This document shows, piece after piece, positions 9,816 to 19,185 of a DNA stretch of 63,907 bases (within the stretch, counting starts at the first letter, position 1; every line of letters starts with the position of its first letter). The DNA comes from a virus (taxonomy: Duplodnaviria > Caudoviricetes), in the IMG/VR virus record IMGVR_UViG_3300021598_000858, positions 1-63,907 of that record; one strand, 5' to 3'. The translations under genes were made by a program, and so were the position numbers. The notes beneath the pieces were generated by a model. That model saw only the letters and a list, made by a program, of their open reading frames with translations, made no database searches and was not told where the DNA came from.

Positions 9816-10071
9816 CGGTGTTCATCCACTTATGTAACGGACACCAGGCTTTAGCAAGTTTTACCTTTAAATTCATAACGCAACCGCATTTTTTGCACTG
9901 ATTAGTTAACCCAATAAGTTCTGGGCATTCTCGACAGATACTAAGCCTACTTGCGGCAACCTCATCGGTAGCTCTAGGTTCTGACGTCTTTAGCATATGC
10001 CACGGCCTTACTGGTGGCGGAAGGCTTTTACCTTTTTCGCTATTGCGAAATCTTTCTGATATCTTACTCAT
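9763..10071 (-). CDS. Small Cys-rich protein
   Basis: RLSICRECP...QCKKCGCVM..K..L....CPLHKW. Confidence 0.7.
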   Translation of the reverse strand: MSKISERFRNSEKGKSLPPPVRPWHMLKTSEPRATDEVAASRLSICRECPELIGLTNQCKKCGCVMNLKVKLAKAWCPLHKWMNTDDLEESNEQSQDTSKHS

Positions 10072-10796
10072 TTATAGTTCTTTTTCTCCCACATATGGTC
10101 TTGATACATTCCCGAGAATGTGGAGTTTATCAGATTTAATCTATCACGTACTTCTTGACTTCTTTCTTCCATAATTTCAGACTCCCAAGACTCTCTTTTA
10201 AAAGGTATTGCCTGAGCAATTGGGGTTCCGCGTTTAATAATGCCTTTATAACCTTTTTTAATGTGAAATGGCAACGCCCCAGCTGACGGCATGCCGTCCG
10301 TATCAATAATCCCAGTCATAGTCATAAATGGCAGGTCTGGTCTGTGTGATGGGGTAATTATAAGTGTGCTATATCCTTCTGGGGTTACGGCTGCCCAAAA
10401 AGGAACCCACCTCAATATATCTTTATGAAAGGTGTCATCTGTTGGATAGTCTCCAACTTGGTCGGGGTTGTGACTTAAAATAAACTCATAACGTGGGTTT
10501 CTCCACTTAGTTTGGATGTTGTGTGGGTCTGTAGAATCAATATAAATATCTACAGGACATAAAAAATAATACCCAGTGGTAAAAGTGTCAATCATAGACA
10601 TACACTTTTTGCCAGTTACATTTGCAAAATGACCGCCATTTGCAGAGTCCTCTGTTGCTTTTACGATTTGTTTTTCCTTAGTTAAATAAGGAGGTAGTTT
10701 TCTAAACCATTCTGGCATCATAGTACGAACAGGTACTGGAGGCGGCGCAAATCCGCCTACCTCTTCATCAGTTGGGTAGAACTTTATTACTGGCAT
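10068..10796 (-). CDS. Hypothetical protein (possible dUTPase-like beta fold) of the oxygenase cluster
   Basis: PEWFRKL, KKCM...D, TPEGYS, GIIDTD, IKRGTPIAQAIPFKRE.W. Confidence 0.6.
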   Translation of the reverse strand: MPVIKFYPTDEEVGGFAPPPVPVRTMMPEWFRKLPPYLTKEKQIVKATEDSANGGHFANVTGKKCMSMIDTFTTGYYFLCPVDIYIDSTDPHNIQTKWRNPRYEFILSHNPDQVGDYPTDDTFHKDILRWVPFWAAVTPEGYSTLIITPSHRPDLPFMTMTGIIDTDGMPSAGALPFHIKKGYKGIIKRGTPIAQAIPFKRESWESEIMEERSQEVRDRLNLINSTFSGMYQDHMWEKKNYK

Positions 10797-11398
10797 TACA
10801 TTGCGGCTCTAGTGTCAGCAAGTATCTTTTGATAGTATTCTGGACCTTGAGTAAAGTACCAATGGTCTGGCTCAGCGTAATGTAAAAAAAGCATGTCTAC
10901 TATGTTTGAGTCTTTTTCTGGAAACGGCCCTCTCCAATGAAGTTGGTCTTCTCCATAAAAACACAGCGCTTGATTTGGCTTCAGTAGGTACTCTTTGTCT
11001 TCCACGTAAAGTGGCCAATCTACGCTAGAAGTTAGGCATAAATCTACGGTATAGGTGCAGGCGTTGCTGTCCATGTGTCTTAATAAATTAGCTCTTGCAC
11101 CTTTATATCTTACGTAACACGAATAGGTGGGAAGCAAAGTTTGGCTATCAAATATGTCTCTTGCTTTTTGTAAGCAATGCTCTAATAACTGGTCAGGCAT
11201 TTGACCAGCTGGATTCTTTAGCATAAAACGACCAAATGAACGGTCGTACTTAAGCTCATCAAGAGAGTACCCGTTTAAAGTGTTTAGTGTTTCTTGAAAC
11301 TTTTCTGGTGAAAGCACGTCGCTGACTATCACGGGCTCTTTTACTACTGGCCTTGTGCCCATTAATTCGTCATCAGCAAAATATTTTGTTTTAGCCAT
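10796..11398 (-). CDS. 2OG-Fe(II) oxygenase
   Basis: HxD (RHMD) plus distal His (LHWR) and FLHY. Confidence 0.75.
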   Translation of the reverse strand: MAKTKYFADDELMGTRPVVKEPVIVSDVLSPEKFQETLNTLNGYSLDELKYDRSFGRFMLKNPAGQMPDQLLEHCLQKARDIFDSQTLLPTYSCYVRYKGARANLLRHMDSNACTYTVDLCLTSSVDWPLYVEDKEYLLKPNQALCFYGEDQLHWRGPFPEKDSNIVDMLFLHYAEPDHWYFTQGPEYYQKILADTRAAM

Positions 11399-12002
11399 TT
11401 GTTGCTTCCAATATCCACATCACGACAGCGTATTTAGTACCCTCTTTTACTGGGTGAGCTATGTGAGCGTAAATATAGTTAGAAGGAAAAAATAATATGG
11501 AATTTGCAGGTGGTTTTAATTTGTAGTTAAAATAAGGAAATTCAATCTCCCCACCCTCATATTCATCATTTACATACCAAACTAAAGATAGAACTCGGTT
11601 ATTTCCGCCACCTGCATCAGCGTGCAGTTTATATTCCTGTCCAGTTTGATACTTTAAAATAATTGGTGAAAGAGGCAAATCACCAGAGTTGACACTGTAA
11701 TAACCCTTATATAGGTTGTACGCGTCTTGAATGTTGTTTAACATCTTAACTGCTAGTGCTCCGCCTGCTGCTAACTCTGGGTTTTCAAGAGTGGCCCACT
11801 CTGCCTGTAGGTGAACAGATGAGTTAGTTCGGTACTCGCTGCGTACAGAACCTGTTTTGTCAGAGCCAACCATGGCTCTTTTCCATCTAATTACCTTAGA
11901 GGGGCAGTTAGTGACGGTTTCTATTTCCTGTATTAATTCTTTGTAGTCAGGCACTATGTTTTCAAATAACACTATTCCTGGTGCAACAATTTTTGATTCC
12001 AT
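11391..12002 (-). CDS. 2OG-Fe(II) oxygenase, prolyl-4-hydroxylase-like
   Basis: LKY..GQEYKLHAD, RVLS..WYVNDEYEGGE..F, FFPS..IYAH...PV..GTKY. Confidence 0.85.
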   Translation of the reverse strand: MESKIVAPGIVLFENIVPDYKELIQEIETVTNCPSKVIRWKRAMVGSDKTGSVRSEYRTNSSVHLQAEWATLENPELAAGGALAVKMLNNIQDAYNLYKGYYSVNSGDLPLSPIILKYQTGQEYKLHADAGGGNNRVLSLVWYVNDEYEGGEIEFPYFNYKLKPPANSILFFPSNYIYAHIAHPVKEGTKYAVVMWILEATNG

Positions 12003-12013
12003 GTGTTTATCCT

Positions 12014-13846
12014 TTACTTGTTGTGTACTAGTATACCCTCTGCAAAGAACATATCATAGGGCTCGGTGCTCAATGTGCGAACTTTGAACCTAACGTTAGG
12101 CTCGTAGGTAATTGTAGAAACTGGTATCCAAGCTTCTAGGTCTCCATCAAACAACATGTCTCCCTCAACAAGTTGGGCGGCACGAGTATAGTAGTATCGA
12201 CCGTCAGCAGCTTCTTTAGCAATAAACGGGTGAGAGCCAGTTACCTGGATTCTATTGTTAATTGTATAGCGTCCAGTTTCTTCCCATTCTCTAACATTTA
12301 CAATAGTTGTAATATCAAGCTCTTTGTAGGTAAAGTTATCTGAACTCCAGGTGTCAACAATTAAATCAGCATTTGGGTCATCAGGGTCAATTTCTTCAAA
12401 CCTTGCAGAAATAACCTGGTCACCAATCTTTAAATCAGCAAGACGTTTATCACCATTTGGTGTTGGAATCATACTGTCAACAGATAGGCAGTAGTAAGGG
12501 TAACGAGGAACTGGAGCAAGTGGTGGTCCACCAACACCTGTGTAGAAGTATTCTGGCCAAGGAGCAAATGGTCCAGAAGCTGTTGGAGTAACAGTTGCTG
12601 TTGGGGTAACAGTTGCTGTTGGGGTAACCGTTGCTGTTGGGGTAACAGACCCTGTTGGTATACAACCTCTACCAACTCCAGCAAATCCTGTACCAGGAGG
12701 GCATCCAAATGCATCTGGTCCTGGAGCAGTTGGTGTTGGAGCTGTTGGGGTTGGAGCTGTTGGGGTTGGAGCTGTTGGTGTTACTGGTATAAATCCACCA
12801 CCACTTGGAATGCTACCACCGCCGCAAGTAGAAGCTGAAAGCAAACTTTCATATAAAGGACCAGTATTAGTTGCAGCAACACATGTCCAATTTGAGATAC
12901 CAGAAAGTTGTGACAAAATACCTGAACATGCTTGTGAGGTTGATGTCCAACCGCCGACTGAAATAGGCAGGGCGGAGTATCCATTCACCAATCCGTTTTG
13001 GCAATAAGCATAGGTAATATATTGTTCTGTTACTGGTGCTGTTGGAGTTACTGGCTGGCACTGGGATGCGTTAACAGTTATGGTTCTAGTTCCACACGAT
13101 GTCCCACAGCATGGGTCGACTCTATTAACTACTAAGTTAAGTCCAGAGCAATACGGGCTACCAGAGTCTTGGCAACACGCAGAACAACCACCACCGCTTG
13201 GTGCGGGGGCGGGTGCAGGTGCAGGTTGTGTAATAACAATGACTGAGGAGGGGTTGGAGTCTGCGCTAACTCCATTTGCATTTGTTGCTGTTACAACAAA
13301 GCTGTAAGAGCTTCCGTTTGTAAGTCCAGTAAAAGTTAAACTAGTACTGGTAGAAGTTAAAGTTGTCTGTGTTCCAACAACTCTTACTGTATATAAAGTA
13401 ATTGCGGAACCACCATTTGCTGGAGCTGTCCACGAAACACTTGCTTGACTGCCATTATTTAGGTTAGATGCTGTAACTCCAGTAGGAATATTAGGTTTAG
13501 TTGTAGCGCGAATAGGTCCTCTAGGATTAGAGTTTGCGCTAGTAGAGCTTTGATTTCTGGCACGGACCCTATAAGTATATTCAACACCAGAGCGTAAGCC
13601 AGTAACATTTCCAGTGGTTGTTAACCCCACCTGGGTAGTAACAACAGCTCCTCCATCAGCAGGAGTTGCTTCAATATCATAACCAACAAGTGGAGTTTTT
13701 CCATCAAAAGTAGGCGCAGTCCAAGTAAGATTGCAAGAGCCATTATCAAAGGCTCTATCAGACCCAGTGTCAGTTGCTGACTGAATTGTAGCTAATCCAG
13801 GCGGTACTTTTTTCTGGGAGTCAACTGGACCGACTCTAACTATCAT
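12014..13846 (-). CDS. Fibre/adhesin-like protein: 2x fibronectin type III, Cys-rich region, Pro/Thr repeats, C-terminal Hint domain
   Basis: FN3 motifs (WTAP..DG, GL..G..Y.YRV.A.N). Hint starts CLSVDSMI at 12490, has TGSHPF and ends ILVHNK*. Confidence 0.8.
   Translation of the reverse strand: MIVRVGPVDSQKKVPPGLATIQSATDTGSDRAFDNGSCNLTWTAPTFDGKTPLVGYDIEATPADGGAVVTTQVGLTTTGNVTGLRSGVEYTYRVRARNQSSTSANSNPRGPIRATTKPNIPTGVTASNLNNGSQASVSWTAPANGGSAITLYTVRVVGTQTTLTSTSTSLTFTGLTNGSSYSFVVTATNANGVSADSNPSSVIVITQPAPAPAPAPSGGGCSACCQDSGSPYCSGLNLVVNRVDPCCGTSCGTRTITVNASQCQPVTPTAPVTEQYITYAYCQNGLVNGYSALPISVGGWTSTSQACSGILSQLSGISNWTCVAATNTGPLYESLLSASTCGGGSIPSGGGFIPVTPTAPTPTAPTPTAPTPTAPGPDAFGCPPGTGFAGVGRGCIPTGSVTPTATVTPTATVTPTATVTPTASGPFAPWPEYFYTGVGGPPLAPVPRYPYYCLSVDSMIPTPNGDKRLADLKIGDQVISARFEEIDPDDPNADLIVDTWSSDNFTYKELDITTIVNVREWEETGRYTINNRIQVTGSHPFIAKEAADGRYYYTRAAQLVEGDMLFDGDLEAWIPVSTITYEPNVRFKVRTLSTEPYDMFFAEGILVHNK
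12579..12646 (-). repeat. 18-bp tandem repeat x~4 encoding VTPTAT
   Basis: GCTGTTGGRGTAACMGTT units read directly. Confidence 0.9.
12722..12781 (-). repeat. 15-bp tandem repeat x4 encoding TPTAP
   Basis: TGGAGCWGTTGGKGT units read directly. Confidence 0.9.
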
Positions 13847-14634
13847 TAGGCGCTCAAATCGCCAAGAAGAGTCCAGGTATTCTCAGCAAGTTTTATAAGA
13901 GTGGCTGCTGACCACTGAGTTCTTAGATTTGGACCAGGAGTTGCACCAATAACAACAGTTCCAGTTTCTCCAGCAAATGTAACGTTTTGATTTTGTCCTC
14001 TAACAAAAGTAATTTGAGAACCTGTAGGAAAAGCTTGGCTAGCATTTGTTGGAACTGTAACTGTTATTGCAGCCCCAGTATTGGTGCACCAAAAAACTTT
14101 GTTTTTATCTGCTAAAACTAAAGAAAAGTTTGCAGCTTTTTGTTCAATTGTTGCGTCTTGAGGAATTGCAGTAACGCTACCAACAATATTTGCTGCATTT
14201 ATGGTTCCAGTAAATAAACCTGTTGGAGTAACAGCCGCCTGTACAACACCGATACTGTCTTGCCATTCTTGTAGGTTTGCGGTCTGGTTTAATGCTCCTC
14301 GTACAATAATTCCACGATTTACAGAGCTTCCAGTATCAATTCTGTTGCTGTTTGCCCCATCAGCTGTTTTACGTAGGTACTGGGTGTGAGAATCAGCTAC
14401 AACACCGTTTTCTATATTAGCAAGACGTGCAGAAACGCTTCCATAAGTAACTGAGCTAGCATTAAAAGCTGTAGTTGGGTTAGCAGCGGTTGAAACATGT
14501 GGGTTAGTTCCAAGAATGCTTTGTGTAGCAACAACTTCTTCTTGTAGTGAGTTTGGGTGCGATGCGTCTACAGTGTCGGTAATGTTAAACTTGGTATCAA
14601 ACACACGCACTGAGCCTGGATATGATGCTGCCAT
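13846..14634 (-). CDS. Tail fibre-related protein
   Basis: HPNSLQEEVVA N-terminus, NQTANLQEW, and a VTVP...FPTGSQI...W.L.GDL C-terminal module typical of tail proteins. Confidence 0.6.
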   Translation of the reverse strand: MAASYPGSVRVFDTKFNITDTVDASHPNSLQEEVVATQSILGTNPHVSTAANPTTAFNASSVTYGSVSARLANIENGVVADSHTQYLRKTADGANSNRIDTGSSVNRGIIVRGALNQTANLQEWQDSIGVVQAAVTPTGLFTGTINAANIVGSVTAIPQDATIEQKAANFSLVLADKNKVFWCTNTGAAITVTVPTNASQAFPTGSQITFVRGQNQNVTFAGETGTVVIGATPGPNLRTQWSAATLIKLAENTWTLLGDLSA

Positions 14635-14651
14635 TGTGGTCCTTTCAAATG

Positions 14652-14810
14652 CTAGTTCTGGCTTTCGCCATTTGGTCCTTTGCCTGGTTGATTCCAGACA
14701 ACAATACTAGGTTTTTCTTTATCTGTTGTAAACAGCTTGCGGATACCAAACCTTGAGTCATTAACTTGTATAGGTTTAGGCTCTGCTCTTTCAAACTCCT
14801 TATATCTCAT
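14652..14810 (-). CDS. Small hypothetical protein (52 aa, below ORF-track cutoff)
   Basis: Read by hand: MRYKEFERAEPKPIQVNDSRFGIRKLF...GESQN*. Confidence 0.45.
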   Translation of the reverse strand: MRYKEFERAEPKPIQVNDSRFGIRKLFTTDKEKPSIVVWNQPGKGPNGESQN

Positions 14811-14969
14811 GGGGACCAGCGGCTCCATTGTAGCGCATGAGTGTCCTTAGCCTTAATAGGAGACATAACATAGGTTTTGCGGTCTCTAAACTGCCTAGAC
14901 CTTGAATCACCCTTTACTGGCGATTGAGTTGACGAAGTAATCTCAGCTTTTAGAGATTCTTTGCTCTTT

Positions 14970-15352
14970 TTACGCCTTGCCATTGAATTGTCTGCCTGTT
15001 AAGTCGACTGGAGGTAGATTTGAGGTATCTGAACCTGTTCCTCTGTACTCTGATTTAAGTTTTGCTTCACTTTTTGGCTTAGGTGCTGCTGTTTTTTTAG
15101 GTGCAGGTGATTTTGTAGCAGCTTTTTTAGCTGGAGCAGGTTTTGTAGCCGCCTTTTTTACATATTTGTTAGCAATTCTTGCTTCTTTGTCGCGTTTTGC
15201 GTAAATCTCACGAGTTGCTGTTTGGGTAGTCTTCATTTTTGGCATAGATTTGCGAGAACCAGAGGCGGCCCTTGCACTTAAAGCCTCAATTCCACTAGCT
15301 GCAACGTTTCTACCGCTACCACGGCCTTTATAACCTTTGCTTAGCATTGTCA
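14970..15352 (-). CDS. Basic Lys/Ala/Pro-rich hypothetical protein
   Basis: Histone-H1-like KKAATKP repeats. Start placed downstream of the hairpin at ~15387-15419. Confidence 0.5.
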
Positions 15353-15436
15353 TATTCCGATTGTAGGCGCTTTCTAATAGTAAAACCGCATAAAGCACCC
15401 GTTTGGGTGCCTTATGCGGCTTTGTTTTTTAAGGAA

Positions 15437-15847
15437 TTAGTCCTTGTCCCACTCGTCGTCTGGGTCATGTGCGTCTGGCTGGTGATTTCCAACCTTAGCT
15501 GGACCTGATACTACCTCTTCTGCAGCCGCGTAAGTAACTGCGCCTGTGCCAGCAGCGATAGTAATGCTGTGTCCATTTTGCTTAGCTTCTACCTGTAGGT
15601 CTGCAGCGCTCTTTGCCTTTGTATCAACTGCAGCAAATGCTGCGTTAATCTCATCAAGGTCAAGCTTGCCATCATTCATAAAGCCACGTGCTAGCTTCTC
15701 TACGACTGCGGCAACAGCGGTTAGACCAGCAACAGCAACTGCTGTAAGCGTGTCAACGCCAGCAATAGCTCCAGCACCAATAACGGATAGTCCGCTAGCT
15801 GCAAATGTTGCAATAATTCTTAATAGAATATTTCCTGCTGATTTCAT
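15437..15847 (-). CDS. Membrane protein
   Basis: Two hydrophobic helices, then FMNDGKLDLDEINAAF. Confidence 0.65.
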   Translation of the reverse strand: MKSAGNILLRIIATFAASGLSVIGAGAIAGVDTLTAVAVAGLTAVAAVVEKLARGFMNDGKLDLDEINAAFAAVDTKAKSAADLQVEAKQNGHSITIAAGTGAVTYAAAEEVVSGPAKVGNHQPDAHDPDDEWDKD

Positions 15848-16029
15848 TATTCCTCATCTTTCGGGTTACGGATTGGGTATGTAATTGCCCAAGCACCAAG
15901 GCTGAACAAGATTGCATAACCAACTACTGTCTTAGCGCTACCGTCTAAGACGACCCATGCAATGAACATACCTAGAAGAGTCCAGGTCTGGTCAATGAAG
16001 TCTTTAGCTAACTTCTTAATTAAGTTCAT
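15847..16029 (-). CDS. Small two-TM membrane protein
   Basis: 60 aa with DQTWTLLGMFIAWVVLDGSAK. Translationally coupled to the upstream large protein. Confidence 0.7.
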   Translation of the reverse strand: MNLIKKLAKDFIDQTWTLLGMFIAWVVLDGSAKTVVGYAILFSLGAWAITYPIRNPKDEE

Positions 16030-18593
16030 GAACGGCGTCTCCTAACGGCCTTACTATCTCCAGAGGGAGTTCCCCCTCCAGAATTACTGCTACCCCCACC
16101 ACTTGGTGCGGATGAGCCACCGACTGCTGCACCGACTGCATTAAGAGCCGCTCCAGCAGCTACGACAGTAGCAACAACCATTTTGGTTGCTTCTTCTCGT
16201 TCTTCTGGAGACATATCAGCACCTATACTTCCGAGTGCTGTTAAGACCTGACCTGGGTCATCGAATATTGCGCCTATGAGTTCTGCGGGGTTCTCTAATA
16301 AGACTAGCGCCGCAGCAACCTCTGCTTCAATTATAACGGGATTACCGTTCTCATCAGTACGAACGTCAGCCAGTGCTTCACTTATGGTTTCTTCTGGTGT
16401 ATTATCAGAGGATGTTTCTTCCAACTGATTATCTTGCTCTTGTTCTTCTGACTGTGGCTGTTCTGATTCTTCAGTATTACTCTCGGTCTGAGACTCGTCG
16501 GTTTCGCCTGTTTGTTCGGGGTCTGTTTCTGACGACTCTTGGTCTGTGGTTTGCTGTTCTTCTTCTGAGTCTGTAGGTTCATCAGATGAAGTATCAGTTG
16601 TCTCATCTGTTGAATCAGGTTCGTCACCATCAACGTTGTCAGTTGGAGTCTCAGGGTCAGTATCAGGAGTGGACGGTTCCTCTGGAGAAGGCTCTTGTTC
16701 GGGCTCTTGAGGATTTGTCTCTTCAGGAGAAGAAGGATTCTCTGGTTGAGGGTCCGTTGGTGGAGTTGTAGATGGACTTTCAGAATCTGTCTGAGGAGGA
16801 GTGGTTGGAGCACCGTCAGAAGGAGACGTTGGAGTACTTGGACCTTGTGGCTCAGTTGGCGTTGAAGAAGAAGCAGCTTGTTGAGCAGCAGCTGCAGCAG
16901 CAGCCTGTTGAGCAGCAAGCTCAGCAGCCGCTTGAGCCTCAGCCTGAGCCTCCGCTTCAATACGAGAGTTCGTACTGGAAACCACAGGAGCGATAGCGTT
17001 TGCTTTTTCAATAGCGGTATCAGCTAATTGATTAGCGGTAGTTAGTGCCGAATTAGCAGCAGAGGTGGCAGTTGTTGCATCTGCGGTAACCTGTGTAAGA
17101 GTTTCAGTAGTTGACACAACTGCAGCATCAGCAGTAGTTTTTGCCTCTTGGAGGTTAGTCAATGTTTGAGTCTCTGTTGTTAGTGTGGACTGAGCTGTTA
17201 CAAGCGCTGTCTCTGCTGTTGTTTTCTCTGCTGTAAGAGCGGTTAAAGTTACATTTTCTGCGGCAACCACCGCAGTTTGTTCTTGAATTTGTGTGGTTAA
17301 GGTTTCATTAGTCACATTAGTCATAGGTTTTACAGGTTGACCAGCAGCTTCACGAACACCTATACGAGGGCCGTTCCATAGATTTGTTGTATTACCTGAA
17401 ACAGTTCCTGTTCCCGTCCACTCACCTGTTGTTGGGTTAACGGTCATTGTCCAATTAACATTTGTAATAGGACCATTAGGGTCAGAAAATCTGTGTAAGT
17501 CCCAATCAACTGCAAGTGTAGTTTCAGTAGTTGTAACTGTTATACCAGCACCTGGTCCTGCACTTTGGAAGTCAGAACCAAATACAGAAATGCTTGGTCC
17601 ATTAGGGAAGTCCCACCAGTTAAAGTCGCCAGTTCCGAAAGTAATTGTGGCTTTAGAAGTTACATAAATCTGACTGGCTGTTCCTTGACCCTCATAGACG
17701 GTGTTACCCATTTTAATGTCAAATGGAGTTTGAATTTTAGTTGCGGCGTCATACATAGCGGGAAGAGTTGTGGTTGTGACTGTTGGAGTCTCTGGTGCAA
17801 CAGGGGCTACATACCCAGAAGTTGTGTAGGTCTTAGAATCAGAAGGGGTATTTTGTAGCGCAGTAAGCTCAGAAGTTTCTTGAGTTACTACAGTTTGCTG
17901 AACTTGAACTGCAGTAGTAGCGGCAGCGACTGTTGCAGTAGCAGACTCAACTGTAGTTGTTGCTGTTTGTACAACAGTTTCTTGTTGTGTAACAGCCGTA
18001 GCTGCAGCAGCAGCTGTGGTGGTAGCGGTTTCCACAGCCGCTGCGGCAGGTGCTATTAGTGCAGTAGCACTCTCAGCCTGCTGCACTAGAACTGTTGCGC
18101 TATCTACCGCTGTCTGTGCAGCGGCAATAGCGGTGTTGGCTTCAGAAACAGCAGTGACAACCGCTGTATCTGATGCTACTGTTGGTGAAGCTGTAGAAAT
18201 CGTTTCAGACACTGTTACTGTGGCGGTTTCAATCTTAGTTTGGATGGAGGTAACAGTAAGTGTCTCTGGAGTACTTGTTGGCGTTGTTGCTGGCTCTACC
18301 GATTGCGTGGGGGTTGGGGTGGATGATGGCGTTGAGGTATCTGAAGCTGAAGTCGATTGTGGAGTTGAATCAGTTGAAGGAGAGCTTGAAGCACTCTCAC
18401 TATTTGATTGAGGAGTTGACTCTGGCTGTGGAGCGGGCGAAGAAGAAGGCTCAGTAGTTGCTGTTGCGCCATCCACGGGGGCAGGCGTAATAACCTGCTC
18501 GGTGGCAGGTTCCTCAGCGTGAGCAGTTGATTGGCCAAGTAAAAATAGAAATGTTGCAAGAAATAGTGCTGCGAATATACGCAGTAGTGAGAT
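16026..18593 (-). CDS. Large secreted, membrane-anchored Ala/Thr/Glu-rich protein with probable non-AUG start
   Basis: The frame stays open upstream of 18476 to an ATC right after AGGAGAGG and encodes signal peptide ISLLRIFAALFLATFLFLLGQSTAHA. C-terminal hydrophobic stretch followed by RRRRS. Confidence 0.7.
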   Translation of the reverse strand: MSLLRIFAALFLATFLFLLGQSTAHAEEPATEQVITPAPVDGATATTEPSSSPAPQPESTPQSNSESASSSPSTDSTPQSTSASDTSTPSSTPTPTQSVEPATTPTSTPETLTVTSIQTKIETATVTVSETISTASPTVASDTAVVTAVSEANTAIAAAQTAVDSATVLVQQAESATALIAPAAAAVETATTTAAAAATAVTQQETVVQTATTTVESATATVAAATTAVQVQQTVVTQETSELTALQNTPSDSKTYTTSGYVAPVAPETPTVTTTTLPAMYDAATKIQTPFDIKMGNTVYEGQGTASQIYVTSKATITFGTGDFNWWDFPNGPSISVFGSDFQSAGPGAGITVTTTETTLAVDWDLHRFSDPNGPITNVNWTMTVNPTTGEWTGTGTVSGNTTNLWNGPRIGVREAAGQPVKPMTNVTNETLTTQIQEQTAVVAAENVTLTALTAEKTTAETALVTAQSTLTTETQTLTNLQEAKTTADAAVVSTTETLTQVTADATTATSAANSALTTANQLADTAIEKANAIAPVVSSTNSRIEAEAQAEAQAAAELAAQQAAAAAAAQQAASSSTPTEPQGPSTPTSPSDGAPTTPPQTDSESPSTTPPTDPQPENPSSPEETNPQEPEQEPSPEEPSTPDTDPETPTDNVDGDEPDSTDETTDTSSDEPTDSEEEQQTTDQESSETDPEQTGETDESQTESNTEESEQPQSEEQEQDNQLEETSSDNTPEETISEALADVRTDENGNPVIIEAEVAAALVLLENPAELIGAIFDDPGQVLTALGSIGADMSPEEREEATKMVVATVVAAGAALNAVGAAVGGSSAPSGGGSSNSGGGTPSGDSKAVRRRRS

Positions 18594-18631
18594 AGCCTCT
18601 CCTAAAAATTAGGAAACGTAGACTTTATTTA

Positions 18632-18829
18632 TTATAAACGATTTAAATAATTTAACGGGTCAAACACATCAATAGATGTATTAAGAAGTGCTGAGCGTTT
18701 TTCTTTTGCATGATGACCACAGAAATATAAATCACCATTTAAAAATGTGGCTACAACTTGAGCGGCAGCACTGCAAAGGTCACACCTGTCCGCTGTTGTA
18801 AGTTGTTTTGTCTGTACAACAGTTTCCAT
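18632..18829 (-). CDS. Small actinobacterial-type Zn-finger protein
   Basis: LTTADRCDLCSAAA...LYFCGHH. Confidence 0.7.
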   Translation of the reverse strand: METVVQTKQLTTADRCDLCSAAAQVVATFLNGDLYFCGHHAKEKRSALLNTSIDVFDPLNYLNRL

Positions 18830-18831
18830 GA

Positions 18832-19185
18832 TTAACCTTTCTTCTTTTTAGCTCTGTATTCTTTTTTGTTTGGTAAACCTAAGTCTGCTGCTACGCCTCG
18901 ACGACCTTCTTTAGTCGTGGTCTCTCTTGCAGGACCGCCTGGTCGTGAACTAGTTCTTACTTCTACTCCCCACTTAGGGTCTCCCTCTTTAATAAGAGAA
19001 CGTGGGCCCTCGTTGTGCTTTTGAAATAAGCGGCCTTCAGCAGCAACTTGTTTCATAACATCTGGCGCTGTTCCTGCATGAGCCTGCCCTACACGGCCAA
19101 CTCTAGTCATTTGTCCGTCAACTTTTTGAGGAGCATGTACTGTAGAAGCAACAGCAACAAATTGGGATTCAGAACGCTTATCCAT
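18832..19185 (-). CDS. Hypothetical basic protein
   Basis: 117-aa ORF with stop/start coupling. Confidence 0.5.
   Translation of the reverse strand: MDKRSESQFVAVASTVHAPQKVDGQMTRVGRVGQAHAGTAPDVMKQVAAEGRLFQKHNEGPRSLIKEGDPKWGVEVRTSSRPGGPARETTTKEGRRGVAADLGLPNKKEYRAKKKKG

Noticed and set aside
12014-12490. Mobile intein
   Set aside because: No homing endonuclease, no C-extein nucleophile, and it is terminal rather than inserted in a conserved enzyme.
12579-12781. Tandem repeats as a DGR or contingency locus
   Set aside because: Unit lengths are multiples of three and encode Pro/Thr linkers. No reverse transcriptase or TR/VR pair was seen.
16373-18559. Alternate-frame and antisense ORFs inside the large secreted protein gene
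   Set aside because: These are by-products of low-complexity Ala/Thr/Glu codons. The same applies to most antisense ORFs in the track.
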